Positions 14,037 to 26,984 of a stretch of DNA of 64,000 nt are shown here, piece after piece. The DNA is taken from positions 70,157 through 134,156 of the forward strand of contig FLMG01000549.1 of the NCBI GenBank assembly GCA_900088475.1, written 5' to 3'. The position numbers and the translations under genes were made by a program. Below the pieces are notes generated by a model. That model made no database searches. It was not told the DNA's origin and worked only from the letters and a program-made list of their open reading frames with translations. This DNA is from Hyphochytrium catenoides (Eukaryota > Protista > Hyphochytriomycota). The first letter of the stretch is position 1. Each line of letters opens with the position of its first letter.

Positions 14037-15730
14037 ATGGAGCTTTTGGCTGAATATCTATCCTCAGATGACTCTGCCAAGGAAGAGCAGCTGCCGAAGC
14101 CGGTTGTGCCGGAATCCCACACAGGGGTTCAAGCAAAGCCCTCGATAAAGCGTCGCCCTTTAAGCACATCCGCTTCTGGCTGCCGTCCTTATGTCTCAAA
14201 GCGACAGAAAGCCTTGGTGGAGGATATACAGAAAGAATTCAAGGCTCTATCTTCCGATAGCAGAACTTATATCAGCCCATCACTGACAAAAGATAATGTG
14301 GAACTGGTCACCACAATCAAGGATGTCAGTGGAATTGGCCCTGGGCTTCGAGCCCTATTGCGGAGCAACAACAAGCATTGCGGGCGGAGCTGGCCCAAGA
14401 ACGTTTCATTCAGGGAAGCGACACCTTCAGGAAAGCCAATCAGCTCCCTGCGTTGGTCCACGGGCAAGGGATCGTTGCTGGCATCCGCCTCGCATGGGGG
14501 GGAGGTAGTTCTCTGGGAGACCTTTGAGAGGCGCCGTATGGTCCGGTGTTTTACTGACCATACAGGGGGAGTGCGGGCCCTAGGGTGGAGCCGCGACAGG
14601 TAATATCGAAGCGTTATCGGTCCAACTTCCCCACGTTGACCTAATGGTACATATTGGGGTATAGTTCTATCATAGCTTCAGGAGGCTATGACAAGCAGCT
14701 TCTGTTCACGAACGTGGAGACTGGGCGTCTGGCTGCTCACTATGGGCAGACCGAGGGCATCACCGCCATTGCATCTGTGCCTAATGCCGATAATCTCTTT
14801 GTCGTCGGCATGGAGTCTTCCGGTACAGAGTCATTAGCAAACTCTTAATTCCTGTAAGCTAATCTTCGCATAAAAAGGCCTTTTCTGTCTTGACAGAAGG
14901 TCAAAAGCAGTGATTAGGGCTTTCAAGGGCTGCTTTGGAGAGGTTCAAGACATCGCATTTTTGCCGGATGCGGAGTACTTCGTCTCCTCTAATAATGTTA
15001 AGAGAAAAAGTGGCATTGACCGCTCCTTGCTTGTGTGGAGTCTGAGCACGGTACGGTCACTTAGCACCTTTTGCAGACGGTACGAGAGCTAAAGACGTCT
15101 CCATAGGGTGCAATCGTCTCAAATCAGCTTTACATGGAAGCCTTCACATGCCCATCCATACGGGTGAGTCCTGTTGTCTGTTGCTTCCCGATACGTCCTT
15201 TAGCGGTCGACAAACATTTACAGCATTTTCATAGGTCTCACCTGCGAATGAGGCTCTCTACGCTCAGTCTCACGGCAACTATATCGCAGAGTTCTCCATC
15301 CACCCTCCATATCGCATGAACAAATTCAAGGTATATGCAACCATTATACACATTATGAATGGAGTGAGGGCCCGAGTGAAGGCAACAGGGAACGTACTGT
15401 GTTAGCGTTACTAAGGGTCTCGCTGCCAGCGCTTTGAAGGTCACAGTGTCGGAGGCAGTGCTATTCAAATCAGTTTAAACGCCTCAGAGACGGTGCTTGC
15501 GAGTGGCTCTGTGGATGGCGGCATTTTCTATTATGATGTCAGGTCTGTGAGATGATCCTTGTTTATAGGCTCCCCGCCTTACGCCGTTCCTGTTGCCCAG
15601 GTCCGCTCAGCTCTTGCATAAACAGTCAGGACTGCACCAATCAATCTGCACGGCTGCAGAATTTCACCCGATTTTAGAAACTACTCTGGCAACGGCAGAC
15701 TGGGCCGGCAACGTTACCATCCAAATGTAG
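14037..15730 (+). CDS. WDR25: WD40-repeat protein, WDR25-like (multi-exon)
   Basis: N-terminal YVSKRQK, WD repeats (HTGGVRALGWS), SNQLYMEAFTCPSI, AQSHGNYIA..PPYRMNKFKRFEGH and EFHPILETTLATADWAG match the WDR25 pattern. Stop TAG at 15728-15730. Confidence 0.85.
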
Positions 15731-16053
15731 CGGTCATGGAGCGGGAGCTCGCATTTTATTTATTTAGCTATTTATAGCGCTATTTGGTACTAAGAGAGGG
15801 TTCAGTATCCGTCGGTCCACCACAGTCACCTTTGCGCATTGACCCAGTCACCTATGCTGAGTATTGGCCGGCCAACTGCCTGGACTTCAGACATAGCACC
15901 TTCCCGTGCGGGCTCAAATTCCCTTATTAGGGAAGAAGCAAAGAAGGCCGGCCCCACAAACTAGTAGCGCGGAGTCCTAGTAAGGTGACTTCCTGGAGCC
16001 ATGGAGCAGTGGAAGAGGGAATCTTTACTGATGAGCACTACCACTGCGCCCAG

Positions 16054-19000
16054 CTATTTGAAAGTGTTGAAGTCTCTGACTTCGTTAACGATCTCCATTG
16101 CCCGCCGTAGCAGAGTTCTCATCTCCATACACGTCGCTCGACGAGATGAGATGTCGTCAGTCTCTCGGAGCAGATCCCCCAATATCTCCTCTTTGTACAG
16201 GCTCGACACCAGTTCATTCTGGACATTGTCTATAGAAGCAAGAAAATAGACCTTAAGAGTGGATAAGTCTGAACATAGCCTCGCAGAATACCTTTGGCGT
16301 AGTTGACCAAGAAGTACATGATGGTCTTAGGCACGAGGTCCATGAAGTTCTTTCTTACAATGTCGAAATATGAGCTCATTAATGACTCTGGCGAGGGAAG
16401 AGCAAGCGACAAGATGTTATCCTCGGCAGAGAGCTAAACTAATAAAAGCCTTCATCTCTTTTCCTCGTTTAGCCCCTTTCCCCATGTCGGCGGGAATGAA
16501 GAGCAAGGCATACAAGAGCCGGGAAGAGAGGATAGGAACATGAGGACAGAAGCTGCGAGTTCCATTGGAAAACCAGCTGAAAGAGAGCGTATCTGTGTAC
16601 TTACTGATGATCTCTGTCTCAATGCGCTCTCTATCTGTCGGGTTCTCCACTTGCCGCATGGTAGTGGGGACTTGAGGAAGACGAACTATTGTGTCCTTGT
16701 CCTTCCGCTTGGACCTTCCAAAGACTGAGGAGATGAATGACCGGTCTTCATCTTCGCTAGGCTGTGGTATGGGAGGAGGAGGAGGCGGTGATCGTGATGG
16801 GACTCCTTTTGGGTTGACTCCGCCCTGTACATGAACGAAATGGATTGCTTTATACGGCGAAAGAAAAGGGCTCTGGTAGAAGAAGGCATCAACTGACCCT
16901 AGTGGTTCGACTAGCGTCCCTCTCGTCGTGCTGCATCTTGTCCATCAGTTGGGCTACGGCACGACTAGCGATGGAAGAATAAGGGTCATAATAGCTGGCT
17001 CGGGTACAGAATCGCTGACTAACTAGACAGTACCTGCCTCCAATAAAGTCTGGATGGTTTGTGTTGATGTAAGCAAGCTCGATCTGCACCAGATTAGAGA
17101 TTGTGCTACATAGAAGAAAGGGTTTATGAGTTAGAGAGCCGGGAAGGGTTCAGAAGAGATGGTCCAGGCCGAGGGATAAATTGATTGAAAGACAGTGTAG
17201 AGGGAGAGAGTCCTACTTTCAAGGCTGTTACTCAATTATATACTTCGCATTACCTTTGGGTTGGTCCTAGGCGCTTCCTCAGCATAGCATATACGACGTC
17301 GATAACTCTATCCCTCAAATCTGCGAAGCGAGTCAACTCCATAGTCTCACATTGTGCAGTTACGCGCTGGAGCTCGTCGAAGACTAGATCGATACATTGC
17401 AGGCCCTGCCGATCCAGTTAGCACGTAGGACAAATGAAGGTAAAACGGAACGAAGGACGGCAACAGTTGCGGGGTAATATGCACCAGAACGACGCAACTT
17501 TATATTGGCATTATATCGTGGGATGCTCAGTAAAGAGTAAGAAGCCTTGCGGCCCTACCGGCTGTTCCAAACGAGCAATTTGTCGTCTAGACAACAGTTC
17601 AAACGAAACTTCGGGCACGAATAGTGAAGGTCGTGGTCCATTTGCATTACGGATGGCTGTCCTAATGTCATCGTCTGATAGTCCATCGAAAGGGTTGACG
17701 CCCATCAAGCTCTTTGCGAATATTTCACTGAAGATGTAATTGATCCGAGCACCTCCATAGAGCTCCGTCATCTCTACACCGTTCGAAGAGTTATACCGCC
17801 CCTCGAGAGAGTTCTGAAAATTAATGGCAAACTATGATGCGAGTGGGGAAGGGATCACGTTAGTCTTAGAGAAGGATAAACGTACCGAGTGGGTAAGACT
17901 TCGAGTTGAACAAGATAACAAGATACACAAAGGCGGACGGAGGAAGCTCCACCAGTATTTAAGAGAACCAGCCCACGTCGGCAGAAAAGACAAGTCATGT
18001 CACTGGCCAACAGGTTGAGGTCCAGGACAGGCGAAGCATGGGCAAAATTGCGTGGTACCTTTGAAATAATGTTAAGCAACACAGCCCCAAGTTCTGTCTT
18101 GCTCATACTAGATGTAGATTCTCCAATCTCTTGTAGCTCTTCTTCTATCTCAAGAATCATGGCACTGATCTTCGCTTTGATTTCAGGCAAACAATCGCGA
18201 ATGTGCGCCATTAGGATCTGAAGCCAAAAGAGTAGCGTTTAGCGTGGATGGCGGAGGAGGTAATAGTGATGATGCCGGAGGAACGGATGTCAAAGGAATA
18301 GATCGTCCAAGGAGTCCAAAAATAAGGCACGTAACACTTAACAGATTCCTCTTCGAGTCACGAGTGCGCGGATGAGAAGAACACGCTTGATGAGCTGAGA
18401 ATTGACCTGATTGAGATTTTTGGAGAGAAACGGTGTTCCCATTCGCTGCGACATTCCTCTATAAGCAGGATGCTGTTGAAAATATTGTGCTTCCTTCTTG
18501 AGACTGTCCTTAATGCTGACGTCATTTATAATATCTTGCTGGCTTCTGCAGACCACACCAACAAACCCTCTACGAAGCGGAATTATACGACCCTATCATA
18601 GGAGAGCAGAAAACATCAGCGATGGACAAGGCGTGACCGGAGTCCTGAAACAAGGTTAGCCAACAGCAGACGGACCAAGTTGAACGGCGAAGTGAGAGGT
18701 GCCAAGCATATGCGTTTCACTGCAGATATCTGACCTGGAGCATTTCCAAAGCATCCGTGCCCTGGTCCATGAGGTCTAGCTTTGTCAGTACCCCAATCGT
18801 CCTTGCGCCCTGTTAGAGCGAACGTTAGATTACCACCAGGTCGAAGGCACAAGAGCGGGCAAGTACCTACCTCGGCGTCCACCTTCCGTGCCATTTTTAG
18901 CGCATCACTTCATCAAAGAACATAAGGGTATCAATGGAGAAGACAAAGAGCCCGACAAAGAGCCCGTGCGTTAAAGAGAGCTACGAGCGGGAACCTAGCG

Positions 19001-20003
19001 ACTATTGTTGAAGAAAGTGCAATGATGACGCAGACTAGAGTGGCGAACCAGGCAGCTGTAGATCGAAGAGAGTCTGGTCCAGCTGGAACGGTGAATAGAC
19101 GATGAAGATGATAGATTGTTATCCCTTAAACAATAAACACACCTGTTTGCAAGGTCTGTGTTGGCAGCCGTGACCGCTAGAATGATTGAGTTAGGATTCG
19201 AGATGAACTCAAAGCACATTTCTGCGATCTGCTCTTCAATGTTCACAGGCTGGTCCCCTACGGGAACCTGGCAGAAAATTGTTAGGTGGCAGCATAAGAC
19301 ACAGCGCAAGCTTAAACCAGAGATAGAATCACGTAGGATGGATGAAGAAGGGGGAGGGAACAGCGTAAGAGGAAGAATCCTCTTCCTCTTCAACGAGGTG
19401 AGAGAGGATGACAGTACGTCCCGACCTTAGTGATCCCAGGCAAGTCAACTAGGGTCAGGTTCAGGACGTTGGGAGAATAGATCCGAAGGTTAATGCTCCG
19501 ATTGGAAATGCCTTTATTCTTGCCGGTCAGTCGCTCTGTCTCGCGCTCAATTTCCCTCCTGATTTCCTGAAAGTCCGTGAACTTCTTGTCCGGAACGTGG
19601 AGGAATTCGCCCCACTCATCACCTTCTGCAACTCCTGAGACACCAATAGATGAGTCTCCATCTTTTTGTGCCACTAGAGACAAATAGTACCGCACCTCCC
19701 TCTTCAGCGCCTTTCGCAGCGGGGACATTGTAAAGCTGGAGCACCAGGGGTCGACGAGTAACTACACCTACTCCCCGAGGTAAGAAGTCTCTGTTTGTAA
19801 GGAGCGAGACTGTTAGGTTGAGATAGGGATGAATGACTTCTGGGCGAAATCTACCTTCCCACGATGCTTTCAAGAACAGAGCTCTTGCCGCTACTTTGAC
19901 TCCCAATGACGACGATCTGTGGCAAGTCTATAGGCGACTGTCCAATGGCGTTGAAGACATCTTGCAGCTTGTTGATGATTGGGATAAGCTGTTTCATCGT
20001 CAT
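16054..20003 (-). CDS. Dynamin-related GTPase (DRP1/Dnm1/Vps1 type, multi-exon)
   Basis: [75 protein letters not shown] and GED region [19 protein letters not shown]; ends [11 protein letters not shown]. Confidence 0.96.
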
Positions 20004-21038
20004 CTGATCCAGGCCTTACCCACAGGGACAAAATGACCCTTGCAGCGCTTTGAGAAGTGATAATCCTCCGTTCTCAAAAAGCAAGGTACAGATTCTATCC
20101 TGCAGCAGCCTGCGGAATGATAGCACGTCGTGTTCCCGGATCAGGTTCACGTATAGTCGGCGATCTCACGATATCTTAGTGGAGGTGATCTATATTCAAG
20201 CGTGGCAGCAGACTCTTTTGGACCAGCTAACGAAGCACTGCGCAAAGGCTGGCCGTTGAGGCTCTCAGGGATCAAACGAAGTCGAGTATGATCCTAGGGG
20301 TCCTAGCGCTGTTAGTCTGCTGCTTATGACGCCGCTTTGGTCAATCAATCAATGGGATCAGATGATCAGACAAATGAAGATCGTTCGGAAGCTCTGTCCG
20401 CCCTCCCACTATGAAAGCAGTCGATAGAATGGGTTTACAAACGCAGTCATTTATGCTTAGGACGGCTCTCACACAGCTCGTTCAGGCAAAATGAACCGAC
20501 ACTTGGGAAACAAATCGGCCATCATCGTGTTCCAGAGTGTGATTATTTATGATAGGCACATTATTCTCCCAGATATTCCTGAAAAGGCGCGTTAAAAGCC
20601 ATACTGATCTGTAACGTCGGTCCGAACCTGAAAGCTCCCTCTCTCTCTCATGGCATCCTCCGCCCCAGCACAGGCCTGCGAGCTTTATTATGAGATGCTG
20701 CTGACTGATGGTCAAGTCTATGATGTGTACCCATCGGAGGGTCTTCAATCTTCAAGCTTCTCAGCTCCCAGGCCAGAAGGTCCTTGAGAGGTTATGCAGA
20801 GACTGGCATTGTAATCACCATCAGAAGACAGGTCCAGCTGCATTGCCACTTTCGTATGCAGCAGAATCCTCATCAACAGCTTCTGTGTATTGATGATACC
20901 ACCGTCACGTCGGCGAAGAAGTTGCCGTCACGACTGGCAAGGCTGTAGGGCCCATAGGACGAGAGCCAGGCCCAGGAGGTAGAGGTGTAGTCTTCTCTCC
21001 CCCAAATAGTGTTGGGCGGCAAAGGAGTATGGTTCCGT

Positions 21039-23543
21039 CTATTTGACCTTGAAGCTCTGATAGAATTGCAAGGTTTCCTTCGTAATCTGGGGTTTGATCA
21101 CTTCCAGCGCCTTTTCAAAATGGCGCAGGCTGACGTATGGAATACTGAAGTCCTCCTCCAGCGCAAACATAGAGGCTTCCCGGCAGAGGGAGGCCAATTC
21201 CGCTCCTGAAAAGTTAAAAGTTCTAAAGGCAAGGTCCTTGGATGAAACATCTGGACCACAGGGCACCCGTCGCAGATGTATAGATAGGATCTCCACTCGG
21301 GCCTCGAGGTCTGGCGGTGCCACATAGATTAACCTGTCAATCCTCCCGGGACGGAGCAGGGCTTGGTCAATGATATCTGGTCTATTAGTGGCAGCGATGA
21401 CCACAACTCTCTTCAATGACTCTATTCCGTCCAGCTCTGACAGCAGTTGGCTCAACACTCGATCGGCTACACCTGAGCCTCCTCCTGCCCCACCACTGCC
21501 ACCTCTTTGAACGGCTAGGGCATCTATTTCATCGAAGAAGACGATGGTGGGAGCTGCAGCCCTTGCTTTCCGAAAGATACCCTGCACCGCCTTCTCTGAG
21601 TCCCCCACCCATCTCGAGAGAAGCTCTGGCCCCTTCACTGCAATAAAGTTCATTGAGCTCTCTGTGGCCAGTGCCTTTGCCAGAAGAGTCTTGCTGCAAC
21701 CCGGCGGGCCGTAGAGAAGGACCCCTTTTGGAGCACGTATCCCCATACGGACAAACGCCTCTGGATGCTTCAACGGCCACTCCACGGCTTCTTTGAGCTG
21801 CTGCTTGGTCTCTGCCTGGCCCCCAATGTCTCCCCAGAAAACCTTTGGCACCTCCACACTCACATCGCGCAGCGCACTAGGTCGCGTCTTGCTAGTCGCC
21901 AATACTAAGTCTTCGAAGGAGATTAAGGGGCTTACATCTATTGCAGGGCCGGCCGAAGTGGAGAGGAAAGCCCTATGAAGCGCTACCAAGGCAGCTTCCT
22001 TGGTTACCTGTAGCAGATCTGCGCCAACAAAGCCATGTGTCCTAGCGGCCACCGCTTTTATCTCCTCCTCAGTGATAGCCGTAGGAAGCTTTCTCAGATA
22101 GATCTTCAAAATCTCAGCTCGACCAGCTTCAGAAGGAATGCCGATCTCGATCTCCCGGTCCAATCTCCCAGGCCTTCGAAGCGCCGGATCCAAAGCATCT
22201 GGACGGTTCGTAGCAGCTAGGACGACCACGCTTGCGCTGGAATTCGTGCCATCCAAGAGTGTTAGGAGTGTAGCCACGACTCTCTTCTCCACCTCTCCGG
22301 CAGCCCCGTCTCTCTTTGGGCAGAGGGAGTCGATCTCGTCAATAAAGACGATGGAGGGAGCGCTTCGGGCAGCCTCCTGAAAGATGGAGCGCAGTCGAGC
22401 TTCGCTTTCGCCTACGTACTTGTCCATAATCTCTGGCCCATTGACGATGTGAAAGGCAGCATGAATTTCCTTAGCAATGGTCCTTGCGATCAGGGTCTTC
22501 CCAGTTCCTGGCGGCCCATACATTAGCACGCCCCGTGGTGGTCGGAGGCCGAATGAAAGAAAGCACTCTGGGTTTATAAGTGGCAGTTCAATGAGCTCCC
22601 TAATAGCTGCTACCTGATCCGCCAGACCGCCAATATCTGTAAATCCACCTCCCTCGCTGGCCACTTCCGTCTTGTACTTTCCCATCTTCTTCTTCAAGGC
22701 ATCCTCCGTCCCAGCAAACACGAACACTGTCTCAGGTCCGACGAGGGAGACCAACGTTCCAGGACCATCTCGCCCTGCTAAAGCCTCATTAGAAGGTTGA
22801 ACTTTTAAGACATTTAGTTGTCTAGTTTTGCCATATGCAGGAGCTGTGAGGATGGCTCCCTCGAACACGTATGATCCACGCAGAACAAACTTAAGATATG
22901 CTTGGAAGAGCGTCGTTTCCTCCTCGTCGAGGTTACCCTGCTGTAGAGCCTCTACGTTGCCCACAGATAGAGTCACCATCTCCGCGTAATCACCGCCATT
23001 GAAACTCTCTAGGAAGCGGTCAGCCCAGAAAGACCTATTCTGCGAGAGCTCTTGCAGTTTACTAGACCACACTTTAGATATCGAGGCCTTCCCCGCTTTC
23101 AACTCCCTCAGAGGCCACGCCCTCCCTACCATCAAAAGCCTTTCGCTTGTTTTTAGGGCACCATTGTTACTAGTGGTTTCCATCGAGACGAGCTTCAGCA
23201 CATCGCCAGAATGAATGCCATAGGTACGCATGTCCTCTAAGGATAGACATATCCGAGAGCCATCCCCATTTCCGTGTCCTTTGTCCGTATTCACCGACAC
23301 AGCCAGAGGCAGTCGCCGACCACCGTCATCTCTGACGTTGTCTGGGCACTCTAGGCGTAAATTAGAGAGAAGGTCTGCAGCATCCAAAACATCCGAGAGG
23401 CTGGTCCCACTAGTCTGAGCTTTCTCCCTCAAGACAGGGGTTGCTCGCGGGGGTTTCCCGGTTGATGACTCCGCTCTCCTTTCAGCTTTAACAAGAGGAG
23501 AGGGTGTCTTTGCTTTACCGGGTTTTTTCTTTGATGATGGCAT
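21039..23543 (-). CDS. AFG2: Double-ring AAA+ ATPase, AFG2/SPATA5/Drg1 family (intronless)
   Basis: Two AAA domains: GVLMYGPPGTGKT...IDEID...ALRRPGRLDREIEI and GVLLYGPPGCSKT...FFDEID...LLRPGRIDR. The GPPGCSKT Walker A in D2 is typical of AFG2. First ATG at 23543. Confidence 0.9.
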   Translation of the reverse strand: MPSSKKKPGKAKTPSPLVKAERRAESSTGKPPRATPVLREKAQTSGTSLSDVLDAADLLSNLRLECPDNVRDDGGRRLPLAVSVNTDKGHGNGDGSRICLSLEDMRTYGIHSGDVLKLVSMETTSNNGALKTSERLLMVGRAWPLRELKAGKASISKVWSSKLQELSQNRSFWADRFLESFNGGDYAEMVTLSVGNVEALQQGNLDEEETTLFQAYLKFVLRGSYVFEGAILTAPAYGKTRQLNVLKVQPSNEALAGRDGPGTLVSLVGPETVFVFAGTEDALKKKMGKYKTEVASEGGGFTDIGGLADQVAAIRELIELPLINPECFLSFGLRPPRGVLMYGPPGTGKTLIARTIAKEIHAAFHIVNGPEIMDKYVGESEARLRSIFQEAARSAPSIVFIDEIDSLCPKRDGAAGEVEKRVVATLLTLLDGTNSSASVVVLAATNRPDALDPALRRPGRLDREIEIGIPSEAGRAEILKIYLRKLPTAITEEEIKAVAARTHGFVGADLLQVTKEAALVALHRAFLSTSAGPAIDVSPLISFEDLVLATSKTRPSALRDVSVEVPKVFWGDIGGQAETKQQLKEAVEWPLKHPEAFVRMGIRAPKGVLLYGPPGCSKTLLAKALATESSMNFIAVKGPELLSRWVGDSEKAVQGIFRKARAAAPTIVFFDEIDALAVQRGGSGGAGGGSGVADRVLSQLLSELDGIESLKRVVVIAATNRPDIIDQALLRPGRIDRLIYVAPPDLEARVEILSIHLRRVPCGPDVSSKDLAFRTFNFSGAELASLCREASMFALEEDFSIPYVSLRHFEKALEVIKPQITKETLQFYQSFKVK

Positions 23544-26500
23544 CGTGCAGTGCAAGAACGGTCATCAAGTTCGACCACGGTTCCGCAATGATCACCCTCG
23601 AGCCGCCGTCATAAAGGTTACCTTGACCTCAAAGTCATTGCTCTAGCTGTCTCAATGGCTCTGGACCCCAGTACCTAGACTGCCCGATCGACCTCCTGGC
23701 GCTGCTTGTGTTACCCTGGCAGGCTGGCCCAGACTGAAGGCAGAGATCGGTTGATGCTTGGACTGATGATGGATCTCAACAATTCCACGATACGAAGACA
23801 GCCTTCATTGTTTCACGCTGCGTTCAGATAACCAAGAAGTGTCAAAAGTGCTAATTCACGGCTTATTTAACGACGCACTGCCAATGTAGGTACTGTAAAT
23901 ATACAATGTCCCTTCATCAGCCAAAGAATCGTATTATTGTACTTGACAGGAACAGAGTCAATTATGGAGACGCAAGGTCAATAATGGTAGAATTGTGAAG
24001 ATTGGATGAGATGAGCTCTGAATTTGATGTGATGAATAGAAAAATGGTGATGACACTCTGGAGGAGGAGGTGGAGGAGGTACTACACAGAAGTTATAATA
24101 AAGAGGCTCTCTTTACTATGGTGGGTGCCTCACAGACTTCCCTCGTCCTCTTACGCAGGAGCTCCTCATTAGAGAAGAAGATTGATGTCGTTGCCTGGGC
24201 CCGACCAGCGAGCTGCCCGCACCACAGCTTTTAGCAGTGCAGGCCGATAAATATTCTTATTGATGTCTCGAGCCAAGACCAACCGAATAATAGTCTATCA
24301 ACTAGCTTGAGGATAGTATGATAATAACTGCATGGAGGCATGATGGTGCTTGTTTACCTATGTAGTAGCACACGCAACACACCTGGTACCCAGGTATCTG
24401 CTAGTTCTGTTCTACCCGATAGACAGAACTGTTCACAAGGATACTACCACCGCTTATCATCCTCCTCCTCTAATCCCTGTCTCCATGTTTGGCCTTCTTT
24501 TTGCTGTAAGAATCGTGCATCTCTGCGCTAAGCCTTCTTTTGTCGTACCAAGTGACCCCATCACTATAGAGGTATTTCTCTCATCATCACCCCGCCCTAT
24601 TACTCCCCCAACCGCCAATTGTTAGAGTCATCAACATATAATAGGTTAGGCCAATTCATTTTTAAATTGTGTACATAGGCGCAGCACGCCGCCCCCTTGG
24701 TGCCATGATAAGGATAGCAGACATACACCAATAGCTGCTCTTTGGCATAGTTGACAAACGAGAAAGAACTCAGTAAAGGACAACCAGTGACATTGCCATA
24801 ACCTCACAGCAGCATAAGAGTGCTTAGGTTAACAATTCGATGGGAGACTGGCTTCACATCCTCGGACGAGGGCAAAGACATATACGGAGTAAGTTGTGAA
24901 GGGGAAGCAGGAGAAGGGACAAGGGTTTGCAGTATTATGCGGACGAGAAGGGCACAATAAGTGTCGCCTGTGGGACTTTCTGAGCTGCTTTCGTGATAAT
25001 AACCAATCACGACGGGCAGCCCGAATGATGACTTCTTATTAACCACTTTGCTATAAATGCTATGTACTGGTATAATCGCAGACAAGCCTATGTGTACCTC
25101 GCTATGCTTGCTTCAATGTCTTGCTGCTTTTTTGTCTCTTCCTTGACAAGGGCCAACCTCCACCTGACTGGTTAGGGGTTTTTGACTCAGGAGGACAGGA
25201 CTGCAACGCCTTGCAGCTTGGCCCTCCTGAAAGCACTTGTTTATGGTTGGTTTGAGCTTAGCGCCACAATAGCATTAAATTTGTTCTTGGAAGTAAGTGC
25301 CTCCTCCTTCTTTCTGAACTCCTCTCATCTATTACAGTCTGGCGATCTCTGCCCTCCTTTCCTCTATTACAGTCAGACTATCATTGCAGATCACTCGTCT
25401 GGTCCAACTCATGTTGGATGGTGAAGGTTTGTTGCCTGTTGCCTGCACCTCACCCGAATCAGTCTCCATAATAAGGGTAGCCCGGCTCTAAGAAATAACG
25501 GCTTCTGGTGATCATCAGCCTCTCCAGATGCCACAACAAACAAGGGCAACAGGGGAGGAAGGACCAAAGGAAGGTCGTCAGAGAGTGGGAAGTGTAAGTA
25601 GTACTCGTAGAACCCTATAGAAAGTCCTACTAGGCTAGCCACAGCAGATGCAACAGATGATTCATCACTGAGATAATGCTTGATGGGGGACTCAGCACCC
25701 GCTGACCGTGCTGCTTGGTCAGCTTACAGACAGACAGCAGGGTGCGACAGACAGAGTGAGGGGAAGGGGAAGAAGCCCACAAGAGGCCTAATCAATATGA
25801 GAGGAAGCGGCAGCACATCGTGACAGAGAGAGAGAGAGATAGAGAGTCAGTCATAGCTTTGTCAGTTATTATTATTATCGGTGCATCTACACAAACAGGA
25901 AACGGACAGCTCCCAGAAAAGGATAGGAGAGGTGATGTCCGAATCCTACGAGTACTATTTTCCCCTCACACTGTATCTTGGACTTGCAAGGTTCCGTTGT
26001 TGTAGTAATATTTTGTGCATCATCTCGAATGTACCTCTTCGTTCTTTCGGAAATTCTTATGGTTGGAAGCAGGGACCACGTTTACTACTTCTCTCTGGAG
26101 TTAGGCTCACATACCTTCAATACATCTTGAGTGTGCTCCAGGGTTACTAGAACCCACTCTTACTCGCTTCGCTCTCTCTCTGTCTCGTCCGTTCTTCCCC
26201 TTCTGTCTTTGAGGGGCTGTTAGCCAGCCATCAGAGGTAGTGACACACGCCTTCACCTATAGGCAGGTGAGAGAACACGAAAGAAACCACGAGAGACAGA
26301 GGCGCTACAGAGATTAAATGTTCTTGCAAAAGCACTGGACACCTTGAGACAGAGACAGGTGAAATAGAAAACTTGGTACCTGGTCAGTCAGTTCAAAGTA
26401 CAGAACTCGGTCATAACACCAACACTGAGACAGAGGCGGAGAATGCGAGAGAAAGAACGCCCCCTATGCGGTCTATTATGTATACCAGTAGCGATGAGGA

Positions 26501-26984
26501 GAATAAGGAGGTAGAGGAAAGAGATATGCAGACACACCAGAGGGGTGTTATCACTGGCTAACGCCCAACTTCCCAGACTCTTTTGACATGCACACGCGAG
26601 CCCTCCACGTAGTTTTCCCAGGTTTGGCAGGGAATTGTGCCGCCGCTGCCGCTGCCTCCGGCTCTTCGCTTCTTCTGCCCACAACCTTTCTCGAACTTGG
26701 AGCTCATTGCTCCCTTGTGTCCAAAGACCAGAAGGAGCTTTTGCTGGAGTTCCTTGCGCTCTAGCGCAGTACAGCTAGAGCGAGAAGCACCTAGGAACAA
26801 CTAGAGTGCCAATGAACAAAGGAGTTCGTGCTGTTGTCAATTTATTTATTCAGATGCCAAGCGTGATACAACGGCCTTGGTGTTGCTGTTAGCTTTTCAT
26901 ACTTGGAAGCAGCGGTCTCAGCGAGCTTTGCCACCGATTAGGCCTTACGTGATAATACTCTAGAACAACCGTGCCTCTCCCGCC

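Noticed and set aside
20482-21000. Short ORFs between dynamin and AFG2
   Set aside because: No recognisable homology or consistent exon structure; probably 3' UTR or promoter sequence.
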